Shown here: piece by piece, positions 60,052 to 64,000 of the stretch
How the letters are laid out: every line of letters begins with the position of its first letter
Position numbering within the stretch: the first letter of the stretch is position 1
Virus record (IMG/VR): IMGVR_UViG_3300050343_000218
Length of the DNA stretch: 64,000 bases
Direction: 5' to 3' (one strand)
DNA from: a virus
Program-made: the position numbers and the translations under genes
The notes under the pieces: generated by a model
Told to the model about the DNA's origin: nothing
Seen by the model: only the letters and a program-made list of their open reading frames with translations
Database searches by the model: none

Positions 60052-60702
60052 TTAAGAGGGTTTAGTAGGCCAACCAGTAAAGTTTTCAGGATCGTAGGGA
60101 TCATCTGTTTGAGCAGCAGGAAGATCTCTAAGTAATGTACGATATGCTGCCCATTCAGCTTTTTTCTCATCAGTAAGAGGAGAATCAGCCATCTGGGTCC
60201 AATCACAATCAAGTAGACGAGTGTGTCTCGCGTGCTTCAATGTTTTCATATTCTCAGGAACACCTTCGGTAAGGTATCTGTGAGCATCAAATTGTTCTTC
60301 TACAACTGCCGCCTCAGCTGCAATATGCTCTGCCGTAAGTTCTTCTAGTCTAGTCCTAAGAGCATTGTAAATCTTATCTGCTTCTGCCGTACTAGGACCA
60401 CCATTCAGAGGCGTTTTATTATAGTTACTAGGAATCTCTCCAGAACACTCTGTGTTCTCTGTGATATAAAAAGATGGTGAGATAATTCCGTCCCCATCAT
60501 CTGAAGATAACCAATAGTACATCATCTCAAATTGATCAACACCAGGAACATCCCAAATGCCAACCAAAAGAGGTGCCACTAATGTATTATATTCTTCGCC
60601 AATATCAAAGAAGAGAGTAGTTCCAAAAGGAGCGTGGTACGTACCAATCACCTTCTGAATATTGTTAATAACTAATGCTGCTTTTCCAAAATCTCTTGCC
60701 AT
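60052..60702 (-). CDS. Protein with a C-terminal phage tail (fibre) assembly chaperone domain
   Basis: RLLDCDWTQMADSPL...KAEWAAYRTLLRDLP...WPTKP is the typical tail assembly chaperone signature. Confidence 0.85.
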   Translation of the reverse strand: MARDFGKAALVINNIQKVIGTYHAPFGTTLFFDIGEEYNTLVAPLLVGIWDVPGVDQFEMMYYWLSSDDGDGIISPSFYITENTECSGEIPSNYNKTPLNGGPSTAEADKIYNALRTRLEELTAEHIAAEAAVVEEQFDAHRYLTEGVPENMKTLKHARHTRLLDCDWTQMADSPLTDEKKAEWAAYRTLLRDLPAAQTDDPYDPENFTGWPTKPS

Positions 60703-60703
60703 T

Positions 60704-61351
60704 TTATGCGTTGTGATAGTACCAACCAGTCAAGATATATTTATTGCCTTTTAATACTGTATTTCCTCTGTGGGGATGCGTAAAACCAGCTGGCCAAACT
60801 ACAACAGTTCCTGCAGGAGGTTTAACCCGACGTTTTTGCATCAAAAACTCAGTCTCACCAGCTTCATAATCATCATTCAAATATATCGCCCACACTAAAC
60901 ACCGAGAAGAATGGTTAAGACCCATAGCCTCATAATGCCAGACGTGATATCCACCACCTTCCTCTGTTTTTTGCAACTTGATGCAACTACTAATCAGTGA
61001 TTCGCCTGCAAGCTGTGGAAACTCACCAATGTAATGTTCAACAGTTGATGCCAAATATTGATTAGTGCATTGCTGCAACTCAAGATTTTGATGAGTAATC
61101 AGGGTTTGTTTATCATATCTACCCTGCTTCCCTTGAGGAAACTGAAATCTACCGTCAGCAATATCACCGTTATCCATTGAGGATCCGATAACACTAGCGT
61201 GAGATTCTAGATCATCAAACCAATCAATATATTTCTGACACTCGGATTTGGGCATAAAACTATCCCAAACACCAATAAAATCATCAAAGTTTGATTTAGT
61301 CAAGTTCTCATCGAGCATCAGCTCTAGAGGACGAATAGGTGTAATGTCCAT
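60704..61351 (-). CDS. 2OG-Fe(II) oxygenase
   Basis: GGGYHVWHYE...YLNDDYEAGETEF...WPAGFTHPHRGN...KYILTGW. Paralogue of 35856-36545. Confidence 0.9.
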   Translation of the reverse strand: MDITPIRPLELMLDENLTKSNFDDFIGVWDSFMPKSECQKYIDWFDDLESHASVIGSSMDNGDIADGRFQFPQGKQGRYDKQTLITHQNLELQQCTNQYLASTVEHYIGEFPQLAGESLISSCIKLQKTEEGGGYHVWHYEAMGLNHSSRCLVWAIYLNDDYEAGETEFLMQKRRVKPPAGTVVVWPAGFTHPHRGNTVLKGNKYILTGWYYHNA

Positions 61352-61354
61352 TAA

Positions 61355-64000
61355 TTAAACGATTTTAAGTCCGCATTCTGTGTAGTTACCCTCAAGACCA
61401 CCATAGGTTGCCCTGAGAGCAATTTCATTGCTGGTACCAACTCCGATACCATTAGCATCATTATAGATCGCAGTGTTCAGATCTGTCAAGTTATTGTATG
61501 TGGTACCGAAATTATTGATGAAGTTGTTCATCCAACCATCAAAGGCAACAGCATCAGGTCTTCTATCAAGAATAACCTGATAACTACCGAGAATTTGCGT
61601 ACCAATCTGACCGTATGTAAATGTACCTACAGCTGTAGTATTTGCATATGAAGAATTGGTAGTCTGAACAAAGTATCGATTCTGACCAGCGTTAAATGCG
61701 TTAAGGGTACCATCATTATACTTGAGATAACCAAAGAATGTGTCACCATAACCTGCAGCACTTGTACCCGTACCAGTGGTGCAATTCACGGTCACTGTTA
61801 CTTCAGCATCAGCAACTCCTGCAGGACCAGACACATCGATATCATAGAGTGTAGTCTCTGTCGGAGAAACAGTAGTAGTACCACTAACAGTAGATGCACC
61901 GAAACTAGAACTTACAACAGTAGTAGCATCTGTAGATGTCCAAGTCAAAGTAGACGTGGAAACAGGATTTGTTGCTCCAGTGCCAATCTCAAGGACAGCT
62001 GGTACAGCAGATAGGACAACTGTAGGTAGTTGAGTTACGGATATAGTAACATTTTCCGTAGTAGTACCAGCAGCATTTGTAGCAGCAATAATAAATTGTG
62101 TACTAACATCTGGCGATATACTGATGGTAGTTCCACCCAGAGATGTCAAAGAATTCCATATTGTATTTGCAGGAACGGAAGAGTACGTAACACTATCAGC
62201 TCCACTAATCGTAAGTTCAATTTGTGCGCCAGGATCAGCACCTATATTAATAGAATTAATATCAGATGTCATCGTTACTACTGGTTGAGCAAGAGGATTG
62301 ACCGTAACAGTTATATTCTCTGTAGTAGATCCATTCGCATTACTCAACGTAACGTAGTACGAAGTGTCTGCCGTAAGTTGAACGTCTGCAAAAGCTTCTT
62401 TAGGATCATTGACTCCAGGAATGTCACTGCCAACAAATGTATCAGAATCTGGAGAAGCGTATTGAACACGTGTAAATCCATTATAATCAATTGTCTGTGG
62501 TGTCGCTGTAAGAGCGATCGTTGGTGCTGCACCAATATTAAGTGTAACGGGAATAGTTGCTGTTGTCTGACCATATGCATTACTAACAGTAACTGAATAT
62601 GTTATATCAGCAGTTGGAATAATAGAAATTGTTTCACCTGTCGGGACAGTAGCACCAAAGTTAGATCCGACAAGAGATGTTGCACCAGGAGCAGCATAAG
62701 TAATGCTTGTGGCGCTTCCAGGTTCGACAAGAGAAGGTAGTGCCGATATCGTAACTACTGGAGCAACAGCATATGTTACGCTGGCAGTTCCTGTTTTAAC
62801 TAAGTTAGTACCATCATAAATTTCAATCGTATAATTAGCAGCTGTCCCACCTAATGCAGGACCTTCAAGTACCATCGATACAGTATCACCAACAATATAT
62901 CCACTCTTAGTATTGGTACCTGTGCCCTGCACATTAATTGGTGTGGCACCAACATCAGCTCCACTAGTCTTCTTGACAAGGACGGTAAAACTATAAACAC
63001 CATCACAATCTGTAATCTGGAAAGATGTTGCAACAGTTCCAGATGCAGTGGCAACTGTTTCATCTAGAGGTCCAAAATCACCAGGAACGTTATCTCCAGT
63101 ATCAGCTGGTGGTGCAGGTGCAACATATGCTGCAGCACTTACGCCCAAGAAAATCATATAAGCTGTTTCTTGATAGGAAGGAGTAATCGTAGGGTCAGCA
63201 TTCAAACCAACACTGACACCTAAAGTAAATGATACATTATCAGCATTTGCCTGTTGCGAACCAGTAGTAAGTCCTACAGATCCACCACCAGCTTTAGCTT
63301 CAAGAATGCAATCTCCAGTGTTTTCTTGGCATTGACCTATGTTGTTAATATCTCCGTTAAGGAATGCAGCTCTCCACGCATCAATACCGCCTCGTTGTGC
63401 TTCCCAAGCTGTGCCCAAGTGAGCGTTACCAGCATTGGCTCCGATCGAATCGCCAAAACTTCTATGATAAGAAGTAGTAGCCCATATAGTACCGCTAAAA
63501 GCTATCCAATGCGCGTGAGGTTGTGATGTAAAAGCTCTATTACCTGCAGTAGCTGCAGCTAGATCTTGAAAATTTGAAGTGTGCGCAACGTTGGAATTAC
63601 TTTTAACCCCAGTTTCACCATTTCCAGGACTGGTTCTATCAAGAGTTTTACTATTACCACTTCCAGTATTAGTTACAATTGCTTTTCCCGTAGGGTCGTG
63701 ACTATGAGATGGATAGTTTTGCGCCGTGTGATTAGAAGTATGTCCACTATTCACCTTCAAGATACTGTTTGCAACCAAAGAGGTGGCAATAGTAGGCGAT
63801 GTTTTATTTAAAGTAATGCTAGGGTTGCCAATAACTTGCACTCTAGCGGCAACATCAGAAATACGCATAACGTTTTTACCGCCATACGTTCCACATACAT
63901 TCGTACCATAACCACTCGGACCACCTAAGTGAGCTTCCAATTGTGGAGATGAACTAACTTCTGGTCTAAGTCTACCTGTACCAATAGCTTTTTTATCTCT
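61355..64000 (-). CDS. Tail-associated structural protein with tandem Ig/PKD-like repeats, partial (start lies beyond the window)
   Basis: The frame is open from 64000 (RDKKAIGTGRLRPEVSS...). About four repeats of P(V/T)(V/I)x(I/L/M)x(A/S)xP...T(Y/F)x(V/I)xxxN/G. His-containing collar-like segment near the N-terminus. Confidence 0.8.
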   Translation of the reverse strand, partial: RDKKAIGTGRLRPEVSSSPQLEAHLGGPSGYGTNVCGTYGGKNVMRISDVAARVQVIGNPSITLNKTSPTIATSLVANSILKVNSGHTSNHTAQNYPSHSHDPTGKAIVTNTGSGNSKTLDRTSPGNGETGVKSNSNVAHTSNFQDLAAATAGNRAFTSQPHAHWIAFSGTIWATTSYHRSFGDSIGANAGNAHLGTAWEAQRGGIDAWRAAFLNGDINNIGQCQENTGDCILEAKAGGGSVGLTTGSQQANADNVSFTLGVSVGLNADPTITPSYQETAYMIFLGVSAAAYVAPAPPADTGDNVPGDFGPLDETVATASGTVATSFQITDCDGVYSFTVLVKKTSGADVGATPINVQGTGTNTKSGYIVGDTVSMVLEGPALGGTAANYTIEIYDGTNLVKTGTASVTYAVAPVVTISALPSLVEPGSATSITYAAPGATSLVGSNFGATVPTGETISIIPTADITYSVTVSNAYGQTTATIPVTLNIGAAPTIALTATPQTIDYNGFTRVQYASPDSDTFVGSDIPGVNDPKEAFADVQLTADTSYYVTLSNANGSTTENITVTVNPLAQPVVTMTSDINSINIGADPGAQIELTISGADSVTYSSVPANTIWNSLTSLGGTTISISPDVSTQFIIAATNAAGTTTENVTISVTQLPTVVLSAVPAVLEIGTGATNPVSTSTLTWTSTDATTVVSSSFGASTVSGTTTVSPTETTLYDIDVSGPAGVADAEVTVTVNCTTGTGTSAAGYGDTFFGYLKYNDGTLNAFNAGQNRYFVQTTNSSYANTTAVGTFTYGQIGTQILGSYQVILDRRPDAVAFDGWMNNFINNFGTTYNNLTDLNTAIYNDANGIGVGTSNEIALRATYGGLEGNYTECGLKIV

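Noticed and set aside
1-64000. tRNA, rRNA, introns, inteins, homing endonucleases, transposases
   Set aside because: No cloverleaf, LAGLIDADG/HNH/GIY-YIG, intein splice or DDE motifs were recognised by eye. A tRNAscan or HMM run would be needed to exclude them fully.

Overview
This window is part of a T4-like cyanophage genome (cyanomyovirus, Kyanoviridae-like) and is almost entirely coded on the minus strand. Reading in transcription order (right to left) there are three blocks. (1) 64000-40661: a tail-fibre/accessory structural island. It contains Ig-like repeat proteins, two 2OG-Fe(II) oxygenases flanking a tail assembly chaperone-domain gene, a 3229-aa protein combining a subtilisin (S8) protease, YHYH domains and amicyanin-like copper motifs, and two adaptor+tip gene pairs. 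(2) 40632-30764: a dense block of small early-type genes driven by 12 promoters with a dyad motif (or its proximal half) at a fixed distance from the -10 box. It includes a PvuII-fold endonuclease, a phage lysozyme, a KTSC-like protein, an inverted two-gene plus-strand island, and a 341-bp non-coding gap with clustered cyanobacterial-type DnaA boxes and a 9-nt repeat tract. (3) 30592-1: the late baseplate operon (PAAR/gp5.4-like, gp25, gp6, giant gp7, gp8, VrlC/DUF4815-like, start of a fibre protein) with T4 late promoters. No tRNA, rRNA, CRISPR array or transposase was seen. All calls come from reading motifs by eye; no database searches were run.
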